From Kordiimonas gwangyangensis DSM 19435 = JCM 12864 (GTDB lineage Bacteria; Pseudomonadota; Alphaproteobacteria; Sphingomonadales; Kordiimonadaceae), in contig NZ_AQXF01000001.1 in assembly GCF_000375545.1 (NCBI RefSeq), forward strand, positions 989,241 to 1,053,240: a stretch of 64,000 nt of DNA, written 5' to 3'. This document shows positions 39,804-49,416 of this stretch, piece after piece. The stretch's first letter is position 1; each line of letters begins with the position of its first letter. The notes under the pieces were generated by a model. The model was given only the letters and a program-made list of their open reading frames with translations. It searched no databases and was not told the DNA's origin. A program made the position numbers and the translations under genes.

Positions 39804-41028
39804 AACCCTTTAACCCCATGAAGGTCAGCAGTCCTGATCCCGCAAACGAGGTGTCGTAAATATCCCGCGCCGCGCCAAACTCCATCGAGGTGCCTGTTCC
39901 GCCCATGATCCACGCTTTGTTGAGATCGATGATTTGATCGTACTGTGCCATAGGTAGCTGCGCGCGCGCGGCCAAGTGTGCACCAATATCAAAGCCAGCC
40001 TGCCGTTTGGCGGCTTCCGCTGATACGACGCCGCTATAAAACTCGGAGCAGCAGCCGGAGCCGTAGGAAAACAGTCCGACACGATAGGCGCGCCCCACTT
40101 CGCCAACCGTGTCGATAAGGCTCGCAAGTGCGACAAAGATAGTGGCTGAATACGCGTTGCCCACCGCCTGGCAGTAGCCCAGTGAGGGTGTCACCCGGGC
40201 ATCAAAGTCCGCATCGATATCGGCCGGTTTATCCTTGTAGGTGCGGCGCAGGAGGTTGCGGTGCGCTCCTTTGACCATGCCCGCGAATGGTGTGTGGAAG
40301 GCAAGATAATCGAAGCTCGCCTTGAAGTCAGCGCCCTCAACGGTGGCCATATAGTCAGCAACCGCGCCGTTCAGGCAATCCATATAGCTCATCAGCGAAA
40401 GGTCCGGATCGCCGGTCTCCACATCCGGGTCAGGCCTGCAGGTATCTAGGACTTCGAAACTATGAATGCCTGTCGCGCCGTGGTCTAGATCCAGAACGAC
40501 GGGGTCGGAACCCACCAGCACAGCAGCGGCGGCCACGCCTTGTGACGGCTCCGCGTAGGAGAGCTTCACCGATGGCCGTGCCATATCGGTGGCGATCACC
40601 AGCGCCTTTGCATTGGGATTTGGCGAGCTCTTCAGGTGCCCCGCCGCCATCTGGAGGGCCGCCGTGCCGCCATAACAGGCTTGCTTGACTTCAAAAACCC
40701 GGCACCGCGGCGACAGACCAAGGTACTTGTGCACCCACGTGGCAAGGCTTTTGCCAAAATCCAAGCCAGACTCGGAAGCGGTGATCAGCAGTTCAATGGC
40801 ATCGCGGTCGCTATCTGAAAGCTGGTCGATGATAGGTTTTGCGGCGTTGACGGCGTTGGTGACGCTGTCCTCATAGGGCATGCCAACCGCCTTTGAGCGC
40901 ATCATCAGGTTCGCAGCGCGCGATTTATCGAGCCCGCGTGCATCGAAGATATCGTCGACGGTCACATAGGCACGGCCGCCGTATATATTCAGATATTCAA
41001 TTCCTATGGCACGGTTAGTGGCGGACAC
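39778..41028 (-). CDS. HMG-CoA synthase-like beta-branching enzyme (HCS, PksG-like); probable GTG start at 41028 just after the KS stop (ORF is open to 41097)
   Basis: IGIEYLNIYGG N-terminus, catalytic Cys in VKQACYGGTAALQ, HMGS fold length; GGGAG Shine-Dalgarno 10 nt before GTG 41028. Confidence 0.85.
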   Translation of the reverse strand: MSATNRAIGIEYLNIYGGRAYVTVDDIFDARGLDKSRAANLMMRSKAVGMPYEDSVTNAVNAAKPIIDQLSDSDRDAIELLITASESGLDFGKSLATWVHKYLGLSPRCRVFEVKQACYGGTAALQMAAGHLKSSPNPNAKALVIATDMARPSVKLSYAEPSQGVAAAAVLVGSDPVVLDLDHGATGIHSFEVLDTCRPDPDVETGDPDLSLMSYMDCLNGAVADYMATVEGADFKASFDYLAFHTPFAGMVKGAHRNLLRRTYKDKPADIDADFDARVTPSLGYCQAVGNAYSATIFVALASLIDTVGEVGRAYRVGLFSYGSGCCSEFYSGVVSAEAAKRQAGFDIGAHLAARAQLPMAQYDQIIDLNKAWIMGGTGTSMEFGAARDIYDTSFAGSGLLTFMGLKGYERQYEWA

Positions 41029-41032
41029 GCGT

Positions 41033-42292
41033 TTATGCTCCCAAATCTGGTTGATCAAGCACAATGGCGGCGTTGAACCCGCCAAAGCCGAAGCCATTAT
41101 TCAATACCCGGCCAATGGACAGGCTATCACGTCTTTCCCGCACATGGTCAAGCAGCGGCGCGATAGGTTCAAGGAGGCCGGGGCTGCCGTGCAGGAAACC
41201 TTGCTCCATCTGCACTATCGCGGCTACGGTCTCCAGCACTCCGGCGGATGTCAATCCGTGCCCGAGGACGGCTTTGGGGGCGGTGACCGGTGTGCGGGCA
41301 TCCACCACTGCGGCCAAGGCCTCCGCCTCGGCACTGTCGCCAGCGGGTGTGCCGGTTGCATGGGCGCTGACCATATCAGGCTTGCGCGCACCTGCCATGG
41401 CAAGGGCGTTGCGCATAACCCGCACAGCTGTTGCACAGTCGGGACCCGGCTCAACTGAGCGGTGCATGGCGCTGGCCCAGCCGGAAATCCTGGCTTTTAC
41501 CTTGGCGTTGCGTGCTTGTGCGTGAGCTGCTGTTTCCAGAACGAGGGCTGCTGCGGCTTCTGTCGGCACGAAGCCCGCAGCGCCGGTGTCAAATGCCCGG
41601 CATCCGGCAGCAAGTGTGTCTTCGCTACCGTTGGCCAGTGCGCCCAAGGCTTGATATCCCGCGACTTCGAGCGGCGACAGTATTGTTGGCGCACCCACAA
41701 CAAGGGCTAATTCAGTCTCGCCACTCCGCAGTGCGCGCACCGCCTGCAGGATGGCGATATGGCCGCTGGCTTGCGCGCCGCCCACAACGGCACCGTCACC
41801 AGCAATCCCGAATACAGCGCTCAGGAGCGACACGAGAAACGAGTCGTGCCCCATCTGCATCAGCCGTCCAGCGGATAGTCGGCCCTCACTTGTGAACGCC
41901 TCACTTGCAGACAAAAGCACTTCGTTTGCCGTATTCTGGCCGGCCACAAATACGCTGGCGTCCTCCGTGACAGGTCCCATGGGCAACGCGGCATCCTGCC
42001 ATGCCTGAAGCGCGGCGGTGAGGCCCGCCCGTGGGCCGTTTGCAGCGGCACGGGTCAACCGCCGAACCTTTTTCGCGGTGTCGTCGTCAAAAAGGGATTT
42101 GGCAGCGGTTTCCGGGTCAGGATCAGGCATAATGCCTGCAATCCACGGCTCCAGGACGCGTGGGTCGGTGCGCCGGGTGAGGTGGTCAAGGTTTGCGGTT
42201 TGCAGGCGGTCGGACAGTTCAGCGCAGTTGGTGCCAACGGCACCAAACACGCCGCACCCTGTAATAACCAGCTCCCCCAAGGCGTCTTGCAT
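41033..42292 (-). CDS. Decarboxylating ketosynthase of the HCS cassette (PksF/CurC-like; active-site Cys replaced by Ser); start ATG 42292 overlaps the ACP stop (TGATG)
   Basis: GGAQASGHIAIL where KS normally has TACSSS; His motifs HATGT and VLGHGLTSAG retained. Confidence 0.8.
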   Translation of the reverse strand: MQDALGELVITGCGVFGAVGTNCAELSDRLQTANLDHLTRRTDPRVLEPWIAGIMPDPDPETAAKSLFDDDTAKKVRRLTRAAANGPRAGLTAALQAWQDAALPMGPVTEDASVFVAGQNTANEVLLSASEAFTSEGRLSAGRLMQMGHDSFLVSLLSAVFGIAGDGAVVGGAQASGHIAILQAVRALRSGETELALVVGAPTILSPLEVAGYQALGALANGSEDTLAAGCRAFDTGAAGFVPTEAAAALVLETAAHAQARNAKVKARISGWASAMHRSVEPGPDCATAVRVMRNALAMAGARKPDMVSAHATGTPAGDSAEAEALAAVVDARTPVTAPKAVLGHGLTSAGVLETVAAIVQMEQGFLHGSPGLLEPIAPLLDHVRERRDSLSIGRVLNNGFGFGGFNAAIVLDQPDLGA

Positions 42293-42534
42293 CAGGCGTT
42301 GGCGTCCTGAATGATGCGCGCAATATCGGCGATGCATTTGGCGGGCGCAAAGCTTGTCATGGGGATGTTGGCCGAAACCTCATTCTGGGCGGCCATGATG
42401 ACATCGATGCGGTCCATGGAGTTAAGCCCAAGCTCGACCAGGCTGTCGGTGCCGGAAATATCGGTGTCTTCAAGTTCTGGCAGCAGGTCTTTGATTTCCG
42501 CCACCATTACCTTGATCAATTGGTCTTCAGTCAC
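42292..42534 (-). CDS. Discrete acyl carrier protein (AcpK-like donor ACP of the beta-branching cassette)
   Basis: 80 aa, LVELGLNSMDRIDV phosphopantetheine-site motif; ATGA-type overlap with the upstream AT-ER gene. Confidence 0.8.
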   Translation of the reverse strand: MTEDQLIKVMVAEIKDLLPELEDTDISGTDSLVELGLNSMDRIDVIMAAQNEVSANIPMTSFAPAKCIADIARIIQDANA

Positions 42535-44867
42535 GAGGGTGCTCCCTGCCCAAGCTTGTTATCGCTATGTTTGCTGCCCGACAGACGCGCGCGGGCCTCA
42601 CCCATCAAACGCATCGCAATGTCCGCGCAGTGACGGGTGCGCCAGTCGGTGAGATTATTCTCCCGCGCCCATGAGTTAAAGGCAGCAAGTGCCGGGCCGC
42701 TATGAAGCTGGTAGTTCACTTTGCCCGAGGCATCACCATCTAGCGCGAGGTCGGCGCTATATTTGAAGTACCAGCGGAAAACGAGCGCCATTTTCACCTT
42801 CGGCCGGGCCTTGGCACGTTCCAGGAGGTCCGGGTCGGTACGCGAAAGCCATTCGACAACGCCCTGCCATACGTCATCGAATGAGCGCATGAAAAAGCGA
42901 TCCTCGACTTGGGTGCGTACGTCCGGCGGCAAGTCATCAAGTGAGTCATAGTGGCGGTAGAGTTGGTAAAGCCGCTCCGCGCGGGCGGCAAAAAAGCTTC
43001 CCTTGCGCACGACTTGTGCCTTCGCGCCAATTTCGAACATGTCGCCCGCGGGCGCGTAGGCAAAGTCACCAATATCCAGCGCTTGAAGCATGTCTTTTGC
43101 CGTCGGGCTCATGCCGGATTCCGTGGTGCACTGGTTGATGGAGCCAGTCACGATATAGTCTGCACCGAGCGCAACCGCCGCGACGATTGCCTCCGGTGAA
43201 CCGATACCACCCGCAGCGCCCACATGGATATGATGGTCGGGAAATGTTTTTGCCGCCTCCGCGCGAACGCGCAGGAATGTGGGGATCAGTGTGAAGGGCG
43301 AAGCTTGGTCTGTGTGGCCGCCACTATCACTTTCTGCCGTCAGGTCGTCTATCACTGGCATGTGCTCAGCCACATAAGCGGCTTCCTGATCCAGAAGGCC
43401 GTCTGCAATCAGGCTGTCCAGCATGGCAGCAGGTGCTGGTGCGAGGAACTGGCGCGCCACTTCGGGCCTTGACGCTTTCAGGATGACCCGCCGCACACCT
43501 TGAAACGATCCGTCGGACGCGCGTTTTGCACCCGCGTAGCGGTAATAGACCAGCGCGCGGCTCAGCGTTACAAAGGCGGAAGCCTCAACAACCGGTACAT
43601 CCTCCGCGACATAAAGCTTTGCAAGCGCCAGCTCTGCCTGCGGGGCATCGGGGTGGCTCAACAGATTTGCGCCCCAGTTGCGTTTCGCGCCAAGGGCAGC
43701 TTTGATCTTCCCGATGTTATCCTGAACATCCCGCGCCGGCATGCCGCCAGTGCCAAGGAAGCCCATACAGCCTGCATTTGCCATGGCAATTACCATGTCA
43801 GACGACGCGATACCGCGGTACATTGAGCCGGTGACATAGGCATGCTCAAGACCATAACGCTCCATGAATGATGGTGCCCCAATGGGGCTTTCTGTCGCGG
43901 CTGTATCAGCAGGCCGCGTGGCTTTTTTGGGCTCGATGGAAACCACTTTCGCGCTCGGCCTCATCTCTGGCGCTGGTGCAGGCGCGCTGACAGCGGCTTT
44001 GGGCGTGGGCGCAGCAGGGGCCGGGAAGTCTTTCAGCATACGCGTTAGCACGACGCCGGGGCCAACTTCTATGAAGTCCCTTTCGCCGATGCTGTGCAGA
44101 TAATCCACGGTATCCCGCCAGCGTACCGTGCCGGCAATCTGGCGCGAAAGCAGTTCGCGAACAATGGCTTGCGTGTCGCCGTTTCCATAGGGTCTCGCGG
44201 TCACGTTGGCGATCACGGGGATGCGCGGCTGCGCAAAATTTGTATCTTTCAGGAAATCAGCGAAGGCTTTTGCGGCGTCTTCCATAAGTTGCGAATGGAA
44301 GGCTGCGGATACATTCAGCGGAATCGCTGTGATTTCCTCAGTCTCACATACTTTCGCACAGTCCATGATCTGGGATTTTACGCCGGACAGTACGGTTTGT
44401 TTGGGGCTGTTCAGGTTCGCGATATCGATACCACCGAAGCCGTGACGCTCGAGAAACGGCTTTAGCGCCGCTTCATCCTGGCCAATGATGGCCAACATGC
44501 CGCCTTCGGACGCCTCGGCCATAAGTTGCCCCCGTTTTTTTACGAGGCGCAGGCCTGTGGCAAAGTCAAACACCCCGGCTGCGAACAGGGCTGCATACTC
44601 GCCCAAGCTATGGCCTGCGACAAAGTCAGGCTCAGGCTCGCCGTCCGCGTGACGCGCGAGCACGGATAGCGCACAAACGGTATAAAGTGCAGGTTGGGTA
44701 TAGTCGGTACGCCGCAATAGACCGTCGCGGTCATGGCGGCAAAGGTCAGCAATTGAGTAGCCGAGAACCTCATCCGCTTGGGCGGTCTCAACGGGGAACC
44801 GGTCAAACAGGTCGTCGCCCATGCCTTTCGCTTGGGCACCTTGCCCCGGGAACATCCAGACTGTCAT
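42531..44867 (-). CDS. Trans-acting acyltransferase (malonyl-type, GHSLG, AAFHS) fused to PfaD/nitronate-monooxygenase-like trans-enoylreductase (PksE/BaeE-like)
   Basis: N-terminus FPGQGAQAKGMG, GHSLGEYAALFAAG, SAAFHSQLM; C-terminal half YVTGSMYRGIASSDMVIAMANAGCMGFLGTGG TIM-barrel FMN ER pattern. Confidence 0.85.
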   Translation of the reverse strand: MTVWMFPGQGAQAKGMGDDLFDRFPVETAQADEVLGYSIADLCRHDRDGLLRRTDYTQPALYTVCALSVLARHADGEPEPDFVAGHSLGEYAALFAAGVFDFATGLRLVKKRGQLMAEASEGGMLAIIGQDEAALKPFLERHGFGGIDIANLNSPKQTVLSGVKSQIMDCAKVCETEEITAIPLNVSAAFHSQLMEDAAKAFADFLKDTNFAQPRIPVIANVTARPYGNGDTQAIVRELLSRQIAGTVRWRDTVDYLHSIGERDFIEVGPGVVLTRMLKDFPAPAAPTPKAAVSAPAPAPEMRPSAKVVSIEPKKATRPADTAATESPIGAPSFMERYGLEHAYVTGSMYRGIASSDMVIAMANAGCMGFLGTGGMPARDVQDNIGKIKAALGAKRNWGANLLSHPDAPQAELALAKLYVAEDVPVVEASAFVTLSRALVYYRYAGAKRASDGSFQGVRRVILKASRPEVARQFLAPAPAAMLDSLIADGLLDQEAAYVAEHMPVIDDLTAESDSGGHTDQASPFTLIPTFLRVRAEAAKTFPDHHIHVGAAGGIGSPEAIVAAVALGADYIVTGSINQCTTESGMSPTAKDMLQALDIGDFAYAPAGDMFEIGAKAQVVRKGSFFAARAERLYQLYRHYDSLDDLPPDVRTQVEDRFFMRSFDDVWQGVVEWLSRTDPDLLERAKARPKVKMALVFRWYFKYSADLALDGDASGKVNYQLHSGPALAAFNSWARENNLTDWRTRHCADIAMRLMGEARARLSGSKHSDNKLGQGAPS

Positions 44868-45709
44868 GGTTCCGTCTCCCCACAGATATTGCGTGCGCCA
44901 AGTGAAGAGCTAAGCATGTTAGCAGCGCGCGAGAGGAAGTTGCTGTCGGTCAGCACTGACTGGGAGGACATAACAAGCGCCAGAACGACGCCATCCTTTA
45001 GCACAGCCTCGCCGGCAAGATGCCCCGCGTTCACGAATGTGCAGTTTACGGTGTCGCCGGAGAGGCTTGGGACCGTTTCAAGTGCCTTGAAATCAAGGGC
45101 CAGCCCGCCGCCGAGAATTTTTGATGCCGCCTCTTTCAAGGCCCAGAGCGCGGTGGCCGCATTTAAGGCGCACGGCGCATTTTCACACCATTCGCGTTCC
45201 CGCGCTGTGAGTTGGCTTTCAAGGGCAGGCCTGTTCTGTGCGGATACCGTTTCAATATCGATCGCAACCGGCCATTCTTGCGGGGAAGACACCGCAACCC
45301 CTGCCTCATTGCTGTGGCTGATGGAAACATGCACGGGGGGCTTCTCGCCGCCCCGGTAAGCGGCAACGGGTTGATTGAATACGCCGCTACGGATGTCCCA
45401 CTTTGTGGGAGCACCACCAAACGCCTTACAGAGCGCTATTTTCGCGGTAGCCCTGCCGCGCAGGAAACTGGTGCGGCGGCGGTCGAGCTTCATGGCTGCC
45501 AAAGCCTGTGCTTCAGCAGGCGCGAGAAAGTCGGATTGTGCGCGGGACAGTGCTGATAGATCGGCTTTTGTCATCGCCAGCGAGAGCTGGCCGGTTAGAT
45601 CGGTGCGTGCGTCGCTATATCCGCAGCTGAGCGCGAGAACTTCAAGGGTGTCCGACCAAATTTGGGCACCGGACAGCTGGCTGGCCGTGTCATCCACAAG
45701 GCTAAGCAT
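44864..45709 (-). CDS. 4-phosphopantetheinyl transferase, Sfp/EntD type
   Basis: Motifs VSISHS, VAIDIE, WALKEAASK; overlaps neighbours on both sides. Confidence 0.8.
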   Translation of the reverse strand: MLSLVDDTASQLSGAQIWSDTLEVLALSCGYSDARTDLTGQLSLAMTKADLSALSRAQSDFLAPAEAQALAAMKLDRRRTSFLRGRATAKIALCKAFGGAPTKWDIRSGVFNQPVAAYRGGEKPPVHVSISHSNEAGVAVSSPQEWPVAIDIETVSAQNRPALESQLTAREREWCENAPCALNAATALWALKEAASKILGGGLALDFKALETVPSLSGDTVNCTFVNAGHLAGEAVLKDGVVLALVMSSQSVLTDSNFLSRAANMLSSSLGARNICGETEP

Positions 45710-47849
45710 TCACCGCCTCGCCGGTCTGAACCCGCCACAGCTCGGCATAAATGCCGTTTTGTTTGATGAGTGCATCGTGGGTGCCGCTTTCGACAACATT
45801 GCCGTGGCTCATAACATGAATGCAGTCTGCATTGCGCACGGTCGAGAGGCGGTGCGCAATCAAAATGGCGGTGCGGTCTTTTGCAAATGCGTCGATGGAG
45901 CGCTGGATCGCGGCTTCGGTTTCATTGTCGACCGCGCTTGTGGCTTCATCGAAAATCAGGATGGGCGCGTCTTTGAGTATCGCGCGCGCAATCGCAATAC
46001 GTTGCCGCTGACCGCCGGAGAGCGCCTTTCCGCGCTCGCCAATTTTGGTCTCGTAGCCTTGTGCGAGATCAACGATGAATTCGTGTGCTTCGGCGGCCTT
46101 TGCTGCCTCAATCACCTCTTCATCGGTTGCGTCCGGGCGGCCAAACAGGATGTTTTCACGCACACTCATATCGAAGAGGAAAGTTTCCTGGCTCACGGTT
46201 GCGATATTGCGGCGAAGATCAGTCAGGTTGGCCTCGCGGAGGTCAAGGCCATCAAGCTCCACGGCACCATCCAGTGGGTCATAGAAGCGGTTGATAAGGC
46301 GGATGACAGTAGACTTGCCGGCTCCCGTCGAGCCAACGATGGCGACGGTTGAGCCCGCAGGGATCTCCATGTTGAAATTCTCGAGCACTTTCCTGTCAGC
46401 GCTATAGCCGAAGTCCAGATTGCGGAAGGTGATTGCACCAGCGACGCTCTCACGCGGCAGGTGAACAGGGCCGGAATGGATTTCAGCGCTCGCACCCAGC
46501 TCATCAAGGATTGCGCGCGCGGACTGGTTGGCCAGTTTGTACTGGTCGTAGCTCACACCCATGCCTTCCATGCGCACCAGAAGTTTTGGCACGAAGAAGA
46601 GGATGAGCGTGAACATGCTGGCTGTGATGGATTTGCGCGCCACAAGGAAACCGCCGATCATGACAGCCAGTGCGAAGGACACGGAGATCAGGAGGCGCAT
46701 CAAGTCAGTGTATTGTGAGCTGGTCTCATGCGCCATCGATGACGTATCACGCACCTGCGCGCTCAAGGTGTTCAGCTTCTCAGCTTCAATATCTTCCGCG
46801 GTGAAACTCTTGATCACGGAAAGGTCAATCAGATTTGCAGACAGGAACTTCTGGATAAGTTCCTCGCATTTCTGCTGGATCGCATAGGGTTCTTCGACCC
46901 GTTTGGATACATAGCGCGAACCCGCAATGATTATTGGCAGCGGCGCAAGGGTGGTCAGCGCCAGAAGCGGTGACACAAAGCCAAGCGTTGCGACAATGAT
47001 CACGGCAACAAAAATGCGCTGTAGCATGTCATCAGCGCCGGATTCCATGAAGGTCCTGATCTTGCCTGTCGCGTCCCACAGCAGGTTCAAATGCTCGCCT
47101 GAACTCTTGCGGTCAATGTGCGCCATATCCATGCGCTGCAGGTGATCGTAGGTTTCGGTCCTGACTTCATGTTCCATCATGCGGGCGAGGTTGCGCCACT
47201 TGCGGCGTTTGTTGCGTTCGACATAAAGCTCGAACGCAAATGCTGCACCCGCAGCCAAGCCCATGGTCAACACCTGACCGCGAATAGTCCCCAAGCCGAT
47301 CTTGGTCAGAAGGCCAATTTTCTTGCCATTCACGATGTTGACAATGGCAATAAGCGCGAGCTCCGGCGCGAAGTTCACCAGCGTATTGCCAAGCGAATAG
47401 GATGTCGCTTTGACGAATTCACGTTTGTCCGGCGGAAACTGTTTCAACAGCTCACGGAATGCGCCGTCCTGCGGGCTGTTGGCCTTCAGCGGATTCGTGA
47501 CTTGCTTGAGTGCAGGCAGGAGCTGGATTGGTTCCGTGGAGAGTTCGTCCGGCCCCATGGTGATTTTGGTGCGGATTTCCTCCAGTAGCAGCTTGTGCAG
47601 GGCAGCACGGATTTCCGGCTCGATCTGCGCAGCGGGCACCTTTACATCGCGCAGCAGTATGCGACCGGTCCGCGGATTTGCCTCGGCATGGCCAACATCA
47701 TCCTTGCCGCCCATGATCATGCTTAGCCGCGCGGCGAGGACCGGTCGGCCGATCAGGTGGCGGCTCTGCCACCGTTGGCGCGTGGACCCAGTACCGGTCA
47801 CCGACGTGAGCGAGAGATTAAGGCGATCTCTAAGAGCTGCTGCTGTCAT
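45702..47849 (-). CDS. ABC exporter, fused permease-ATPase (MsbA-like) with ~130-aa N-terminal extension
   Basis: Six-TM region then GSTGAGKST (Walker A), LSGGQRQRIAIARAIL, ILIFDEATSAVD, AHRLST. Confidence 0.85.
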   Translation of the reverse strand: MTAAALRDRLNLSLTSVTGTGSTRQRWQSRHLIGRPVLAARLSMIMGGKDDVGHAEANPRTGRILLRDVKVPAAQIEPEIRAALHKLLLEEIRTKITMGPDELSTEPIQLLPALKQVTNPLKANSPQDGAFRELLKQFPPDKREFVKATSYSLGNTLVNFAPELALIAIVNIVNGKKIGLLTKIGLGTIRGQVLTMGLAAGAAFAFELYVERNKRRKWRNLARMMEHEVRTETYDHLQRMDMAHIDRKSSGEHLNLLWDATGKIRTFMESGADDMLQRIFVAVIIVATLGFVSPLLALTTLAPLPIIIAGSRYVSKRVEEPYAIQQKCEELIQKFLSANLIDLSVIKSFTAEDIEAEKLNTLSAQVRDTSSMAHETSSQYTDLMRLLISVSFALAVMIGGFLVARKSITASMFTLILFFVPKLLVRMEGMGVSYDQYKLANQSARAILDELGASAEIHSGPVHLPRESVAGAITFRNLDFGYSADRKVLENFNMEIPAGSTVAIVGSTGAGKSTVIRLINRFYDPLDGAVELDGLDLREANLTDLRRNIATVSQETFLFDMSVRENILFGRPDATDEEVIEAAKAAEAHEFIVDLAQGYETKIGERGKALSGGQRQRIAIARAILKDAPILIFDEATSAVDNETEAAIQRSIDAFAKDRTAILIAHRLSTVRNADCIHVMSHGNVVESGTHDALIKQNGIYAELWRVQTGEAVNA

Positions 47850-47879
47850 GGTTCAAACCGGGTTGGAGGGTGGCCAGTT

Positions 47880-48164
47880 TTAATGAGTTGTTTGTCCGGA
47901 GTTGCTCGCATCGCTGTCGGCGCCGGATGCATCAGCGCCAGATTGGCGGCGTTTCATCACTTCGCGTTCAAGCTCAGCCTCAACAGAGGCAACGACATCG
48001 TCGTTCAGCTCCGCTTCAACGTCCTGAACGTCTTCTTTCACGAATTCAAAAGCTGATTTTGCCTTATCGACATAAAGCAAAACACGCTCCTCCATCGCCC
48101 GAAGGCGCTGGGTCAGCGCGAGATAAATCAAGCCAAGTGCCAAAAGCAGTAAAAACCAAAGCAA
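47880..48164 (-). CDS. Small membrane-anchored protein (N-terminal TM, coiled-coil, acidic tail), hypothetical; TTG start
   Basis: TTG start preceded by GGGGGAGA 8 nt upstream; LWFLLLLALGLIYLAL hydrophobic segment. Confidence 0.3.
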   Translation of the reverse strand: MLWFLLLLALGLIYLALTQRLRAMEERVLLYVDKAKSAFEFVKEDVQDVEAELNDDVVASVEAELEREVMKRRQSGADASGADSDASNSGQTTH

Positions 48165-48257
48165 CGTCTGTCTCCCCCGAGGTCAGATATGACCACGCCC
48201 CAAAATGCGCAACAACCAACTGAGTGCGCCATAAAATGGCGCGACCGCGGTTGGTTT

Positions 48258-48665
48258 CTAGTCAGCTTTTGCCTTGCGGGTACGTGCCGGCCGTTTTGCT
48301 GCTGGTTTTTTGGCCGGCGCCTCGACTGTCACGCTTTCGTCGGTGATTTCCGCGGCGGTTGCGCGCTTGGCGTGGTAACGGCTTTTCTGGTCCGTGTAGA
48401 TTTCTGAAACATGGTCCCAGATGTATTTGTTGGTCAGCGACTTCGAGAAGGAGTCAGCAGCAACCAGCGCAAGGCCAAACGGGCCAAGCAGCGCTTTTGC
48501 GCCAAGACCAACGACTGCGTGGGCCGCACCGTTCACAACCTTGCCGTCCATCATCAGGCTCGCGCCAGGTAGCAGAGATTCGCCTACAAGTTTAGCGCCG
48601 TTCGAGAGCACTGTCATATTCTGAGTGTCAGCCATTGTTTGATATCCGTGTGATTGAAGGCTCAA
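48258..48665 (-). CDS. Hypothetical protein with Gly/Ala-rich core and Lys/Arg/Ala-rich C-terminal tail (alternative ATG at 48635)
   Basis: ORF only; weak ribosome-binding sites; tail PAKKPAAKRPARTRKAKAD resembles histone-H1-like tails. Confidence 0.25.
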   Translation of the reverse strand: MSLQSHGYQTMADTQNMTVLSNGAKLVGESLLPGASLMMDGKVVNGAAHAVVGLGAKALLGPFGLALVAADSFSKSLTNKYIWDHVSEIYTDQKSRYHAKRATAAEITDESVTVEAPAKKPAAKRPARTRKAKAD

Positions 48666-48720
48666 TGTTAAGGACTAAAAGCACAACATATTGGATTTTA
48701 GCTAATCATGTCCTCCCTCA

Positions 48721-48743
48721 AACCTCAAGTATTTATTGAGGTT
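48721..48743. promoter_or_regulatory. 8-bp inverted repeat AACCTCAA-N7-TTGAGGTT in the divergent promoter region
   Basis: Read directly; preceded by direct CCTCAA repeats; lies in the 480-bp intergenic region between the divergent operons. Confidence 0.25.
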
Positions 48744-49144
48744 AAAAGCCGGAGACAAAGGCAAAATTACTCAAATATGCTAGTGGTTTAGGATGGCAAG
48801 AGTACTCAAACCTGAAACAAATCCGACCTAGGCTTCAGGGTGATTTCGGGGCCGAAAAGTGTACCATGAACAGTAATTTAGGGCGGTTTTGACGCCGGTG
48901 AAACACCCTTGAACTATTGGTTTTCTGCGCTTTTTGGGAGCCATGTGTCGGCCTTTTGGGCGGCGCTTGCAGAATACCCTCATCCGCGAAGGCAAATTTG
49001 GGTATTATCTTCAAAATCAGGGGGATACAGCTCGCCAGCCTTGTTTCCGGCGGCATCATTCGCTAGCATCCGGCTGCTAGGGGGTCACGGTTTCGACACC
49101 ACCAGTTTTGTATGTGCGTAAACATCCTTACTTCAACCTGAAGC

Positions 49145-49372
49145 TTGAGAGGAAGCATTCACATGGCACAAATCATTTTCCTGTTGGTCTATATCGGGCT
49201 GGCCTATTGGGTTGCTCTTTATGGTCGCGAAACACGTGCGGGGTTCCTCGGCACTTTGTTGCTGAGCCTTGTGTTCACACCGGTTCTGGGCGCAATTTTC
49301 CTTTATGCCTTCGCGCCAGCGGATGAAGAATTCGAAGACGAACCTGCGGCAGAGCCACAAGCTGAAGCTTAA
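49145..49372 (+). CDS. Small two-TM membrane protein with acidic C-terminus, hypothetical
   Basis: GAGAGGAAG Shine-Dalgarno 8 nt before ATG; two hydrophobic helices; 41 nt upstream of the AT-like gene. Confidence 0.45.
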   Translation: MRGSIHMAQIIFLLVYIGLAYWVALYGRETRAGFLGTLLLSLVFTPVLGAIFLYAFAPADEEFEDEPAAEPQAEA

Positions 49373-49416
49373 GGTTTGTCACGCGGTGTGGGGCACAGGA
49401 TGGGAGTCCCCCGGTG

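Noticed and set aside
45375-46352. 325-aa plus-strand ORF antisense to the PPTase and ABC exporter; also 50585-51175, 51203-51859 and 54804-55439 minus-strand ORFs inside the other ABC gene and hipA
   Set aside because: They overlap genes with clear Walker/ABC, PPTase and HipA motifs on the other strand or frame; no motifs of their own
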